Positions 1-12,580 are shown, numbered from the whole stretch's first letter. The stretch: DNA of 63,712 bases, filler included, from Lama guanicoe (GCA_013239625.1; 191 parts of 191 records of this genome joined end to end with filler, not necessarily neighbours in it), one strand, 5' to 3'. The notes: a model not told the origin generated them from the letters alone. Program-made: numbers and translations.

Positions 1-234
1 AATAAAATGAGTATGATATACCATTGTGAAAAATGAATATAAAAGCTGACTTATAGTCATTGTATAGTAAACACTGCATTTTTAAAGTCTGGTGTTTTTA
101 AAATATTGAGTTGAAATTTGAATGATTTTGGGGAAAATTTACAGTGTATTTTCATAGGTAAATCACTTTATTTAACCTACTTAAAAATCACTTGTTTCAA
201 TCTCACCTCAATAGATTTCATATGTTTCTGAAAT

Positions 235-334
235 NNNNNNNNNNNNNNNNNNNNNNNNNNNNNNNNNNNNNNNNNNNNTTAATTAATTAANNNNNNNNNN
301 NNNNNNNNNNNNNNNNNNNNNNNNNNNNNNNNNN
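235..334. other. First synthetic spacer (six-frame stop linker at 279-290); 190 copies in the window
   Basis: Palindromic TTAATTAATTAA puts TAA in all frames on both strands; explains ORFs ending in XXX-LIN or XXX-N. Confidence 0.99.
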
Positions 335-392
335 CTTTCTGAGCTACTCAGTTTGCAGGAACCTGTTCCTGCAACAATAGAGAACTAAGACA
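335..392 (+). mobile_element. MaLR (MLT1) LTR 3' end
   Basis: gagctactcagtttg...caatagagaactaagaca resembles the recalled MLT1 terminus. Confidence 0.6.
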
Positions 393-439
393 CTGAATAA
401 ATGTAGTGCTTCAGTATCAGTGCATCACATTTGTACTAT

Positions 440-568
440 AGAATGGATAATGTTTTGTATATTCAAATACATGAACATTATAGACAGCAACTGGGATGGA
501 AATTCTACACTTGTATCCAACATTGTAGAGGAATCTCACAGATAGTACTGAACTCAAGAAATTAGACA
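440..568 (+). mobile_element. Ancient L1 (L1M) 3' region fragment
   Basis: aatggataa...gaatctcaca motifs typical of old L1 3' UTR. Confidence 0.5.
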
Positions 569-739
569 NNNNNNNNNNNNNNNNNNNNNNNNNNNNNNNN
601 NNNNNNNNNNNNTTAATTAATTAANNNNNNNNNNNNNNNNNNNNNNNNNNNNNNNNNNNNNNNNNNNNGCCTCGTGGAGGGAACCCAGGATGAACCAGGA
701 CGCAAGAGCGGCTGCACGTGTGGAAGCTGCCGAGGCATC

Positions 740-870
740 AATTCCTCGCCTTCTCCTGCTTTCAGAGGCTGCATCACCCCGACCCGTGCTTCTTGCATCA
801 TCTCTCCTTCCCTGACTCTTCTGCTTCCCTCTTCTACCTTTTAAGGACTCCTATGATCACCCCGGACCCA
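740..870 (-). mobile_element. MLT1 LTR fragment
   Basis: ttcctcgccttctcc...ctgactcttctgcttccctcttc...aaggactcctatgatcac resembles antisense MLT1. Confidence 0.65.
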
Positions 871-1002
871 CCCTCCCCATCTCAGGAGCCTGACGCTACC
901 AGNNNNNNNNNNNNNNNNNNNNNNNNNNNNNNNNNNNNNNNNNNNNTTAATTAATTAANNNNNNNNNNNNNNNNNNNNNNNNNNNNNNNNNNNNNNNNNN
1001 NN

Positions 1003-1236
1003 TATCTTATGTTTAAGTTGTTAAGCCATTTTGAATGTATTTTTGGGTATGGTGTGAGGGGGTAGTCTAACTTCACTGATTTACATGCAGTGGTCAAATT
1101 TTCCCTATACCATTTTCTGAAGTCAGTGTCTTTATTCCATCGTATGTTTTTGCTTCCTTTGTCAAAAATTAGTTGACCAAAGGTCTGTCGGTTTACCTCT
1201 GGGCTCTCTATTCTGTTCCCTTGATCCATATGTCTG
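1003..1236 (-). mobile_element. LINE-1 ORF2 fragment (post-RT region)
   Basis: Translation [27 protein letters not shown] matches L1 ORF2p ([27 protein letters not shown]). Confidence 0.95.
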
Positions 1237-1364
1237 NNNNNNNNNNNNNNNNNNNNNNNNNNNNNNNNNNNNNNNNNNNNTTAATTAATTAANNNNNNNN
1301 NNNNNNNNNNNNNNNNNNNNNNNNNNNNNNNNNNNNAGAACAGAGAGGAGATGGTTAGAGCAAG

Positions 1365-1500
1365 GGGTTTCTCTGCGGGGAGATGGAACTATTCTAGAAT
1401 TGACTGTGGAGGTGGTTACGCAACCCTGTGAATATAGTAAAAATCACTGACTTGCACACTTTAAATAGGTCCCTTGTTGCTATGTGAGTTGTATCTCATT
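1365..1500 (+). mobile_element. L1MB/MC-type 3' end
   Basis: gatggaactattctagaattga..gtggttacgcaac..tgtgaatata..cactttaaatagg. Confidence 0.8.
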
Positions 1501-2338
1501 TTTCTTTTCTATAAGAGAGAAAAGGTGTACTAAGGCCAGTCAACTGCAACACCAGCAACAACACTGAGACNNNNNNNNNNNNNNNNNNNNNNNNNNNNNN
1601 NNNNNNNNNNNNNNTTAATTAATTAANNNNNNNNNNNNNNNNNNNNNNNNNNNNNNNNNNNNNNNNNNNNAAAAAATTCATTCATTCATTCAGTTAACCA
1701 GTACATAAATATTTTTCTATGGCTCTCATACTGTTTTATTATGTAGATTGTTAAAAATAACTACTGATAAAACAATAGAATTATAGTGTAAAAGCTTACT
1801 ATCACAGATTAAATGTGGGAAGGAGAATTTGAAATTATGAAACCTTAAGTTCAATATTTTAAAAGCAGTTTTATCAATTGCAAGTTCATGCAGCAATTTT
1901 TTCCNNNNNNNNNNNNNNNNNNNNNNNNNNNNNNNNNNNNNNNNNNNNTTAATTAATTAANNNNNNNNNNNNNNNNNNNNNNNNNNNNNNNNNNNNNNNN
2001 NNNNTACCAAAGAAGTTCAACTTCCTGAGACTTTGCCCAAACCACAAAAAGAGCTTTAGATGCATCAGGTAGTCTGTCAACTTCATTTGCTTAAGAAAAT
2101 TTCACCTGAAGCTCACTGCTCTGTTTCGACATCCAGTGCACCGTTATCATCTTGGGATGTCCTTTAAACATAATTCTTCATGTGTGCACCATGGGTAAAA
2201 ACATGCATAGAAGAGATGGGTGTGTCTGTGCCTGAGCANNNNNNNNNNNNNNNNNNNNNNNNNNNNNNNNNNNNNNNNNNNNTTAATTAATTAANNNNNN
2301 NNNNNNNNNNNNNNNNNNNNNNNNNNNNNNNNNNNNNN

Positions 2339-2572
2339 ATGAGTCAGATCATGGTTCCCCTGTAAAACCAACAAAACAAAAGTTATTTTCTCTTCCTCAA
2401 CTTGTTATCTTTATGCATGTGAAAGTGCTAATATCTTTAAAGGTCAGAGCCTTGAGAACAGGCTTTTCTGTATATTTCAGGCTATTGGCAACATTGTTTT
2501 ACAAAAGGTGAAGAACCGGCAAGTCTAAGCCTAGGAAACAGGGCACAGGGTTAAAGTCAAAGGAACAGATCT
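2339..2572. mobile_element. ERV1-class LTR fragment (MER41-like, cetartiodactyl)
   Basis: aaaggtcagagccttgagaa...ctgtatatttcaggctat.ggcaacatt motif recalled from artiodactyl ERV1 LTRs. Confidence 0.5.
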
Positions 2573-2672
2573 NNNNNNNNNNNNNNNNNNNNNNNNNNNN
2601 NNNNNNNNNNNNNNNNTTAATTAATTAANNNNNNNNNNNNNNNNNNNNNNNNNNNNNNNNNNNNNNNNNNNN

Positions 2673-2727
2673 CCAGGACCTCGTGCATGCTAAGCATGTG
2701 CTCTACCGCTGAGCTATACCCCTCCCA
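2673..2727 (-). mobile_element. tRNA-derived SINE, Vic-1 type (camelid), 5' part
   Basis: ccaggacctcgtgcatgctaagcatgtgctctaccgctgagctatacccc; same family recurs four more times in the window. Confidence 0.85.
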
Positions 2728-2744
2728 CTAGACATGTCTTCTAA

Positions 2745-2890
2745 TCTGTAGATATTTTAGCATTATCTCTAAAAGATAAAGAGACTCTTCTCCAAAACAG
2801 AACCACACACATTGATCACACCTAAGGAATAAACTATACTCCCTCAATATCATTCAGCACCTACTCAGTGTTCAAATTTCCCCCATTGGT
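2745..2890 (-). mobile_element. L1MC4/5-type 3' fragment
   Basis: aaccac..atcacacctaag..aatatca..ttcaaatttcccc. Confidence 0.65.
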
Positions 2891-3719
2891 CCATACTTTT
2901 TTTTTTNNNNNNNNNNNNNNNNNNNNNNNNNNNNNNNNNNNNNNNNNNNNTTAATTAATTAANNNNNNNNNNNNNNNNNNNNNNNNNNNNNNNNNNNNNN
3001 NNNNNNAAAAAAAACTCAAAAAACAAAAACATGATTTTTTATGCTAAAGAACCTAAGTCATTTTGATTAAAGTTTTCACTTCAACTATTTTTGTAACTTA
3101 TATTGCATAGGGGTTCTCTTTCCATTTTTCTTGTTACAGATGAGTGTAAGAGCCGTTCGTCTCAGTAGTTCACATTATAGAGTATAAAAGCATTGTTTAG
3201 CATGCCTGTGGTTGTCCTGTTGTGTAGAATCAAATTGTTTNNNNNNNNNNNNNNNNNNNNNNNNNNNNNNNNNNNNNNNNNNNNTTAATTAATTAANNNN
3301 NNNNNNNNNNNNNNNNNNNNNNNNNNNNNNNNNNNNNNNNACATTAAAGCGATAAAGTGGATTTTCATAAATAGTGTAGACTGTTTTACCCTTTTGAATA
3401 GTAAGAAGCAAAGGTTTAGAAATGTTTTTTCTGCTTTTTGACTTTGCTTTTATCTGTGTGCCTGGTGGAAGAGCAAAGAGAAAGGGAAGAAAGAAAAAAA
3501 AAATGAATGGATACTTTGTTATTTGTTGTTTCTATAAATGAAAGTGGCACAAAGATCCCCTGGTTTTCCAGATANNNNNNNNNNNNNNNNNNNNNNNNNN
3601 NNNNNNNNNNNNNNNNNNTTAATTAATTAANNNNNNNNNNNNNNNNNNNNNNNNNNNNNNNNNNNNNNNNNNNNAATGAAAATAAAGATTTCAGTGAAAC
3701 TAAAATAGAGAACAAAAAA

Positions 3720-3900
3720 ACTAATTCTACCAAACACTTAAAGAAGAATTAATACCTACATTTTATAAATTCTTTTAAAAATAGGGCAAAAGGATCATTT
3801 TTCAACTGATCCTGTGAAGCCAGTGGTACCAAAATCAAAACAAGACACATACGAAAAAAGAAAGTTGGAGCCTGTATTTCTAATGAACATAGATGTAAAA
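3720..3900 (+). mobile_element. Degenerate L1 ORF2, start of RT region
   Basis: Decayed FYQTFKEELIP...ISLMNIDAK coding (ttctaccaaacacttaaagaagaattaatacc; ctaatgaacatagatgtaaaa). Confidence 0.85.
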
Positions 3901-4676
3901 AAAAAAAANNNNNNNNNNNNNNNNNNNNNNNNNNNNNNNNNNNNNNNNNNNNTTAATTAATTAANNNNNNNNNNNNNNNNNNNNNNNNNNNNNNNNNNNN
4001 NNNNNNNNACGGAACAGCCCCGCCTACGCTCTGTGCCAAATCTGAGCTCCTTGTTTCTCTTGGCAGCACAACTTCTCTGAGGTGTCAGCGTAGAAAGATC
4101 CTCTCTGCCTCGGGCCATAAACAAGCCTCAGTTCTGCCTAAGAGGTTGTGGAGCCCCCACATGCATATTCAGGTCTCAGCCCCACCCCCGCCTGGGCACT
4201 ATGCACAGGAGGAGATGGTAGCTGTGGCTGAGCCCTGCCTCTNNNNNNNNNNNNNNNNNNNNNNNNNNNNNNNNNNNNNNNNNNNNTTAATTAATTAANN
4301 NNNNNNNNNNNNNNNNNNNNNNNNNNNNNNNNNNNNNNNNNNTATTGTTAAAATAAAACCAGTCCAGGTGTCACGTCCATCTGTACCTGGCGGCCCTGAG
4401 CCTCGTGTTCCTGGCCTCTTACAGTTAAGACTACCTGGTACTCCAGCCCTCATTTGGGAGGCAGAGTCCTCCTCCCCATGGGAGCTCCCACCCTGGTTTC
4501 CGGGCCTCCCTCAGCTCCTCAGATGCACCTGCCATGGGTGCCTTCTTCCCCAGGCCCTGCCCGCCTCTGCATCTTGNNNNNNNNNNNNNNNNNNNNNNNN
4601 NNNNNNNNNNNNNNNNNNNNTTAATTAATTAANNNNNNNNNNNNNNNNNNNNNNNNNNNNNNNNNNNNNNNNNNNN

Positions 4677-5244
4677 TTAGATTTATTTTGTGTTTATGGG
4701 TTGCCTTATGAGGGATTTAATTAGGGGAGTGAAAGGATATGTTTGGCATAAGAGGCCATACAAAGCCCAGTGCTGAGATGATAGTGGCCTGGGGTAGAAT
4801 GATCACCGCGGTGACAGAGGAAGGTGAGCAGACTCCACAGCAAAAGAGAAGGTGCCAAAATGGAGAATAAGAATGAGTTGTAAAGAAGGAAAGAGGAAGA
4901 CTGTACAACGNNNNNNNNNNNNNNNNNNNNNNNNNNNNNNNNNNNNNNNNNNNNTTAATTAATTAANNNNNNNNNNNNNNNNNNNNNNNNNNNNNNNNNN
5001 NNNNNNNNNNTTAGATTTATTTTGTGTTTATGGGTTGCCTTATGAGGGATTTAATTAGGAGAGTGAAAGGATATGTTTGGCATAAGAGACCATACAAAGC
5101 CCAGTGCTGAGATGATAGTGACCTGGGGTAGAATGATCACCGCGGTGACAGAGGAAGGTGGGCAGACTCCACAGCAAAAGAGAAGGTGCCAAAACGGAGA
5201 ATAAGAATGAGTTGTAAAGAAGGAAAGAGGAAGACTGTACAACG
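4677..5244. repeat. Near-identical contig pair 4677-4910 / 5011-5244 (bubble arms)
   Basis: Manual alignment: 5 substitutions at offsets 50, 79, 111, 151, 185; no indels. Confidence 0.97.
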
Positions 5245-5436
5245 NNNNNNNNNNNNNNNNNNNNNNNNNNNNNNNNNNNNNNNNNNNNTTAATTAATTAA
5301 NNNNNNNNNNNNNNNNNNNNNNNNNNNNNNNNNNNNNNNNNNNNGCCTCCTTCTTTACTTGAGGGAGGAAAACAAACTTGTGGAAAATAAATTTTCACCA
5401 CTGATAGGAGGAAGACTCCCCATCTTTGTGGACCAA

Positions 5437-5530
5437 GCCCAGCTCTGACCATCAAACCTGTTGTGAGTGTATGACTCCGGCCAAGTCATTAAACAGGCTG
5501 AGCCTAGGTTTTCTCAACTGTACTGTGAAA
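5437..5530 (+). mobile_element. MIR SINE core
   Basis: cccagctctg..tgact..ggccaagtcattaaac..ctgagcct..ttttctcaactgta. Confidence 0.65.
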
Positions 5531-5700
5531 GATCTGGCCTGGGTGTTACCTGGAGATCTTTTTTTCTTGCTGTGTTCTNNNNNNNNNNNNNNNNNNNNNN
5601 NNNNNNNNNNNNNNNNNNNNNNTTAATTAATTAANNNNNNNNNNNNNNNNNNNNNNNNNNNNNNNNNNNNNNNNNNNNGACCTCTTTCTTTCTTTCTTTT

Positions 5701-5810
5701 TTTGCAGATGAGGAGTTGGAACTTCAGAGAAGTGATGTTTCTTGCACAAGATCGAATAAGTGTCAACACCTGAGCTGACAAATGAAGGTCTTTACTCCAG
5801 GTCTGGGGCT
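5701..5810 (-). mobile_element. MIR SINE
   Basis: tttgcagatgaggag...cagagaagtga...cttgcacaagatc. Confidence 0.6.
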
Positions 5811-8800
5811 CTTCCTGTTAAAGCTCTGTAGCTTGTTGGTCGTCTCCTCCCACACAGTGACCGTCTAATAGGAGAAACAGAAAATAAACAATAAATTAAG
5901 CAAATGAATAGANNNNNNNNNNNNNNNNNNNNNNNNNNNNNNNNNNNNNNNNNNNNTTAATTAATTAANNNNNNNNNNNNNNNNNNNNNNNNNNNNNNNN
6001 NNNNNNNNNNNNGAGCACTTCATTGCCACATAAAAGTTACTAGCTTTGTTCTTTTCTCTTGCAAAAGGAATATTAAATCTTAGCTATCAGATGTGAAAGG
6101 TTCTTTGATGGAAGAATAATGTTGATCACATTTCCATACATTTTTGGGGTAATGTTATTATGACTCAAAGTCTTGACGTAACTTCAAAACTGCAATTAAT
6201 CCATACACCTTATGAAATGGCTCCAGCATGTAGGCATCACACTAGANNNNNNNNNNNNNNNNNNNNNNNNNNNNNNNNNNNNNNNNNNNNTTAATTAATT
6301 AANNNNNNNNNNNNNNNNNNNNNNNNNNNNNNNNNNNNNNNNNNNNATCTCGCAGGTAAGGAAACAAAAGCCCTGAGCTAGAGAGTTTTGCTCAGCTGCA
6401 GGAGACCTGTAATTTCAAGTATATTAGAGTTCCTCTCTGTGTAAATAACATTTGCTAGTCCTTAACTTAATAAAGATAAACAGGCCTTTATTTTATCCCT
6501 TCTTCTGTTTTAACTATTCATATCATTGATGTTATTACTTCCTTATTCCTTCCTGATTTGTGAATCCTCCCAAATTAGAANNNNNNNNNNNNNNNNNNNN
6601 NNNNNNNNNNNNNNNNNNNNNNNNTTAATTAATTAANNNNNNNNNNNNNNNNNNNNNNNNNNNNNNNNNNNNNNNNNNNNTATTACCTTGGTATGTAGAA
6701 AACTAGAGATAAAATATCCAATATATATGGATTTTCAGGCTGGCCCTGAGCAGGTATTCGGGACCCTGGACTCCAGGAGGGCTCCCTCCAAGCCCCCCTC
6801 CTCCGCCTGAGGGACTCAGTTCAAGCTACTGATGTTAGCACTTCTCCGTTACAGACTAGGCTTAATTCTAACCTATGTCCTCTATATTTTTGATGACAGG
6901 AATCTTTTTTTTTTNNNNNNNNNNNNNNNNNNNNNNNNNNNNNNNNNNNNNNNNNNNNTTAATTAATTAANNNNNNNNNNNNNNNNNNNNNNNNNNNNNN
7001 NNNNNNNNNNNNNNTGCCTCTGTCCCGACGTTTCCACGGGAGACCACTTCAGGCAACGCCAAGCGGGGGCAGCGGCTGAGGGAACCCTGGCCCCAGGAGA
7101 CATGTCCCCCAGGCGCAGCCCCACTCCTGCCCCAGTCGGAGCTGCTGGTGCGGAGCCAGGCAGGTGGCAGGATGCCTGGTGCTCCGACCTGGGGACTCAA
7201 GAGGGTTCTCCAGTTTTCAGGTCTATTCACAAGAGATGAGGCGTTGCCNNNNNNNNNNNNNNNNNNNNNNNNNNNNNNNNNNNNNNNNNNNNTTAATTAA
7301 TTAANNNNNNNNNNNNNNNNNNNNNNNNNNNNNNNNNNNNNNNNNNNNGTGACAAGGGGGACCAAAGCTGCCCCCCTACCAGGGACACCTTCCTTGGTTT
7401 GTTATTGGAGGGAGAATTAAACAATTGTGCTTGAATCATTACACATTCAGGGTCTATGTGTTACTGCAGCCCCCCCACACACTCATAAATACAAAAATGG
7501 GAGGGCTGTTTTGGAGAACTGGGGCTCTAATATTATAAACCTGAACATGTGTATAGGTTTTGACCAAAAAATTCTACTTCTGNNNNNNNNNNNNNNNNNN
7601 NNNNNNNNNNNNNNNNNNNNNNNNNNTTAATTAATTAANNNNNNNNNNNNNNNNNNNNNNNNNNNNNNNNNNNNNNNNNNNNTGATGAGAGGTTTCAGGG
7701 CTCACCCCAAATGCCGGGTAATCAGTGTGTCGACTGAAACGTGTGTGCTTCTGTCTGAAACTGCACTGGCCAGAAGTTGCGGGGATTCCCTGAGAGCATA
7801 GTCAGGACATCCTGGTGGGAGGGCATTGAGCAAAAAGAGAGGAATGTGCCTTCCTCTGCCCCCTCCACTTCTCCCGGCCCTGCAGCCCCTGCCAGAAACA
7901 GACAGCTTGTTAGAAGNNNNNNNNNNNNNNNNNNNNNNNNNNNNNNNNNNNNNNNNNNNNTTAATTAATTAANNNNNNNNNNNNNNNNNNNNNNNNNNNN
8001 NNNNNNNNNNNNNNNNCTGACAGAGCCAGAGGAAGGTGCTCATTTTAAGGGATGTTCATTTTCAGTGGTCATATGGCATCTCCCTCCAGGTATGGTCATA
8101 CGGCATCTCCAAACTGGAGAATTGGATCCTACTCCCAGGCCAGTGCTTCCCCATCCCTTTTCTATGCATATTTGATAAACAATGAGGCTACAGCACATTT
8201 GTGACTACCCAGGCAGGACGGTGCTTCACACTGATGGAAAATACAGTACTNNNNNNNNNNNNNNNNNNNNNNNNNNNNNNNNNNNNNNNNNNNNTTAATT
8301 AATTAANNNNNNNNNNNNNNNNNNNNNNNNNNNNNNNNNNNNNNNNNNNNTTCTCATCTTAAAATCTAAAAATTATATACTTAAATTCTAAACTCCATAT
8401 CCACAAAGCTGACACTTTTTGAATGACTAAAATACCAAACTCAGCCCAGCCTCAAATACTATCAAGTTGACTTAAATATTGCCTGGTGAGATTAAAAAAA
8501 TATTATTTTAAAGCCAGCCAGCTATCACTTTACAGGCTCAGGCATCCTTGGCATGTAGTTTTCATGGTCAAACAGTCTGGTGTTNNNNNNNNNNNNNNNN
8601 NNNNNNNNNNNNNNNNNNNNNNNNNNNNTTAATTAATTAANNNNNNNNNNNNNNNNNNNNNNNNNNNNNNNNNNNNNNNNNNNNAGCCAGAGGAATCCTC
8701 CAAACCAGGCTTAAAGCTTGTACAGGAGGGGCTCGTACAGGGGTGAAGGGGGTCATGTGGAGTAATGGGACCTCTTGTAGACACTGGATCTGTGGTCACT

Positions 8801-9686
8801 CAGTGTACTTTGGTATCCTTGTGTCTGAGTTCATTTGCGTCCACCAGGATGTATGGGTGTATGTGTGTGTGTTGAAGGTCAAAAACGTTGACAGTGATTC
8901 TGTGCTATACTTGATGGGNNNNNNNNNNNNNNNNNNNNNNNNNNNNNNNNNNNNNNNNNNNNTTAATTAATTAANNNNNNNNNNNNNNNNNNNNNNNNNN
9001 NNNNNNNNNNNNNNNNNNCCAGGCCAGATTGAGAGGAACACTAAGCTAGAAATGACTAAGACAAAAAGAGGAAGCCTCAGGGGGCTCTGAGCTTTTGTGA
9101 AGAAGACATAAGGGAAGGGAAGGTCGGTCAGGAAAGCAGGGAAAAGCTAATATTTATTGTGCATTGATTTTGACATGGGTGACTGTCACTATTTACACAG
9201 AGCGAGAGTGAGAGAGAGAGACTGAGGGAGATCTATTCCTCACAGTTGCTGCNNNNNNNNNNNNNNNNNNNNNNNNNNNNNNNNNNNNNNNNNNNNTTAA
9301 TTAATTAANNNNNNNNNNNNNNNNNNNNNNNNNNNNNNNNNNNNNNNNNNNNGTGCTATCATATCGTGGGATTTCTTTGAAAACTACTATCAAAGCTGAT
9401 AAATCAGCCACATAAACCAATCATTCAGTTTATAAGCATAACTCTTTTTGCAAAAATAAAAACTAAAAGAGCCACTACCTTGAAATGCACATTGATACTC
9501 CTTTTACATAGAAGAAATAAAAATAAGCAAATTTTCAAACAGAAACCTACTCCCTATTCACTAGGCTTAAGTCATAATGAATTTTGNNNNNNNNNNNNNN
9601 NNNNNNNNNNNNNNNNNNNNNNNNNNNNNNTTAATTAATTAANNNNNNNNNNNNNNNNNNNNNNNNNNNNNNNNNNNNNNNNNNNN

Positions 9687-9815
9687 TTAACCTCTCTGTG
9701 CCTCGTTTCCACCATCTATAGAGGGGATAATGATAGAGCCCATCTCAAAGGGCTGTGAGGAGGATTTCAAGTTGGTACATGAAATGTGCTTAGCGCTGGC
9801 CCTGGCATGTGACAG
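9687..9815 (+). mobile_element. MIR SINE 3' half
   Basis: ttaacctctctgtgcctcgtttcc..catctata..ggggataatgatag..gtgcttagc..cctggcatgt. Confidence 0.85.
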
Positions 9816-10020
9816 ATTTCATGGGAAGTCTTACTTCTCGTTTTATTATTATGTAAACCTATGATTTTCCACACCCACCCCAACCACCCCAGAGCCCAGC
9901 CACACAGTACACTCTAGAAANNNNNNNNNNNNNNNNNNNNNNNNNNNNNNNNNNNNNNNNNNNNTTAATTAATTAANNNNNNNNNNNNNNNNNNNNNNNN
10001 NNNNNNNNNNNNNNNNNNNN

Positions 10021-10085
10021 CATGCATGAGGTCCTGGATTCAATCCCCAGTACCTCCTCTAAAAATAAGTAAATAAAACTAATTG
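10021..10085 (+). mobile_element. Vic-1 type SINE 3' part
   Basis: gcatgaggtcctggattcaatccccagtacctcc (B-box region) plus aaataa..ctaatt tail. Confidence 0.85.
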
Positions 10086-10192
10086 TCCAGTGCCAGCAAC
10101 AAAAAGTCCTAGGCTGAGTTTGTTAAGATCTTCACTAAGAATGAATCTTCCATCCATGATATCGTAAAGAAAGAAACAAGTTTGTGATAGTT

Positions 10193-10254
10193 TTGCTGTT
10201 GGTAGGAATGTATTTTGGTGCAGCCATTACGGAAAACAGTATGGAGATTCCTCA
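10193..10254 (+). mobile_element. L1 ORF2 3' fragment
   Basis: ctgttggtaggaatgta..tggtgcagccattacggaaaacagtatggagattcctca. Confidence 0.85.
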
Positions 10255-12358
10255 NNNNNNNNNNNNNNNNNNNNNNNNNNNNNNNNNNNNNNNNNNNNTT
10301 AATTAATTAANNNNNNNNNNNNNNNNNNNNNNNNNNNNNNNNNNNNNNNNNNNNTTACTTTAAAATTATTAACTTCAGCTGGAGAAAGAAGGCAGTAGGG
10401 GTCGAGGAAAAATGGAAGCCTCCTTACGGGCGTGAGGCTGGGCCGGGCTGATGGGATGGTTTCTAGCTGGGCCAAGACTGCTCTCTGGGGAAGCTCTGGC
10501 AGGCCACCCATCCTGCCTGCCAGGTGTGGCAGGGACGGTCAAGTAGGCTAAGAGTATGATCTGTGCTACAGGAGAATGAAGCCAGCCCNNNNNNNNNNNN
10601 NNNNNNNNNNNNNNNNNNNNNNNNNNNNNNNNTTAATTAATTAANNNNNNNNNNNNNNNNNNNNNNNNNNNNNNNNNNNNNNNNNNNNGGGTGGTCATGT
10701 TTCCAGTACTTGATGGAGCCAGGATCCAAACCCGGATTTTTGTTTATAGAGCCTGTGCCTTTACCAGATCACATTTACATTTCTCACACTTCAAATGCAC
10801 TCAGTCCCCGAGGTAACACACCTTCTTTGCGTTTCTGAGAGTTTTAGGAAGTACTTAATTAGAAGGACTAATCAGACATTTGTGTGGGCTAATTTTTTAT
10901 TTTCTGATTTTTCTGAATCAGTNNNNNNNNNNNNNNNNNNNNNNNNNNNNNNNNNNNNNNNNNNNNTTAATTAATTAANNNNNNNNNNNNNNNNNNNNNN
11001 NNNNNNNNNNNNNNNNNNNNNNTTTGTTGCTGCCTTACGAGGGCACCAGGATGGCACAAATCTGGCAATGACGGGTCATTTTTTGCAGAAGCAGAATGGA
11101 CTTCATCCCACATGCCACAGTTTTTATAGCTTCTTTTGCTGCCGGCCGTGCATGAGAATCCGCCAGGATACCCCAGATATTCAGGTTCAGAACTCTGAGT
11201 GTGAGCTTCAGTTTTGATGGCATCAGTTCCAGAGAGTGGGAGAAGAGCTGGAAGAANNNNNNNNNNNNNNNNNNNNNNNNNNNNNNNNNNNNNNNNNNNN
11301 TTAATTAATTAANNNNNNNNNNNNNNNNNNNNNNNNNNNNNNNNNNNNNNNNNNNNGCATGCGGGCAACATAGAGTTTCTTTTTAGATGGAAACAACACT
11401 ACGTGTATTTATTTGGGGAGGTAAAAGCACCAACTCGGCTTACAGTGAGATGGCAGAAAATTAAAAACTGCACAAGGAAACAGACTAAGGAGCCAGAGTA
11501 TATGTTTCTCCTGCAACACGATCCCTTTGTGCTAGATGAATGGAATTCTCTCCACATGCTCAGTTCTGAGATGTAAGTGTGTGTGAAAGCNNNNNNNNNN
11601 NNNNNNNNNNNNNNNNNNNNNNNNNNNNNNNNNNTTAATTAATTAANNNNNNNNNNNNNNNNNNNNNNNNNNNNNNNNNNNNNNNNNNNNTGAACACAAG
11701 AACTCTAGTGCTGATGCTTGTTAGATGCTGACAATAAAGTAGAGGAATTCAAAGGAATTCTGGGCTGGAAATCAAGGTTTGTGAGTCAGGGAGAGACAGC
11801 ACTTAAAGCCTTGGAACTAGGTGGGATCATTCCAAGACCAAATGTGAAAAGGAAAGAACAAAGAGTGTGTGGTGTTGGTGGGAAGTGGAGTAGACTGAGC
11901 AGGAGAAGCCACAGAGGTAAGAATNNNNNNNNNNNNNNNNNNNNNNNNNNNNNNNNNNNNNNNNNNNNTTAATTAATTAANNNNNNNNNNNNNNNNNNNN
12001 NNNNNNNNNNNNNNNNNNNNNNNNTGCAGATACATCAAATTTTATACTCAAAACACTGGTGACTAGAATTAACAGACTAAATATCTATCTGAATATCTGG
12101 TCTTCATGAGGGTGGATGCCTTTCAACCTAAAAAAATTATTATATCTTCTGAAAACCAGTATCATAACATCCAGAAAGCAATGTAATGCAAACAATACAA
12201 AACTAGTTTCCATATCATTTCAAATTTTATATCCATGAACTCAGTAGACTATATCCAGNNNNNNNNNNNNNNNNNNNNNNNNNNNNNNNNNNNNNNNNNN
12301 NNTTAATTAATTAANNNNNNNNNNNNNNNNNNNNNNNNNNNNNNNNNNNNNNNNNNNN

Positions 12359-12580
12359 TCTCTTAGCAAATTTCAGGCATACAATACACTATTGTGAACT
12401 GTAGTCATCATGCTGTACATCAGATCTCTGGAATTTATTCAACTTGCATAAATGAAAATTTATATCTTTTGAGTAGCATCACCCAATTTCCTCCTCCTCT
12501 GAGCCGAGGTAACATGATTTTACTTTTTAGTTCTACGAGTTTCATGATTTTATATTCCACATGTAAGAGGCATCATGCCT
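12359..12580 (-). mobile_element. L1MA8/9-type 3' end
   Basis: tctcttagcaaatttcag..tacaatac..catgctgtacatcagatctc..ttccacatgtaag. Confidence 0.85.

Noticed and set aside
4009..4242. Possible lineage L1 5' UTR (antisense)
   Set aside because: Only a vague recollection of similarity; not enough to list as a feature.
4717..5242. Duplicated 63-aa membrane peptide gene (MYSLPLSFF...)
   Set aside because: Non-ATG start, no recognisable homology, and the duplication is an allelic bubble pair.
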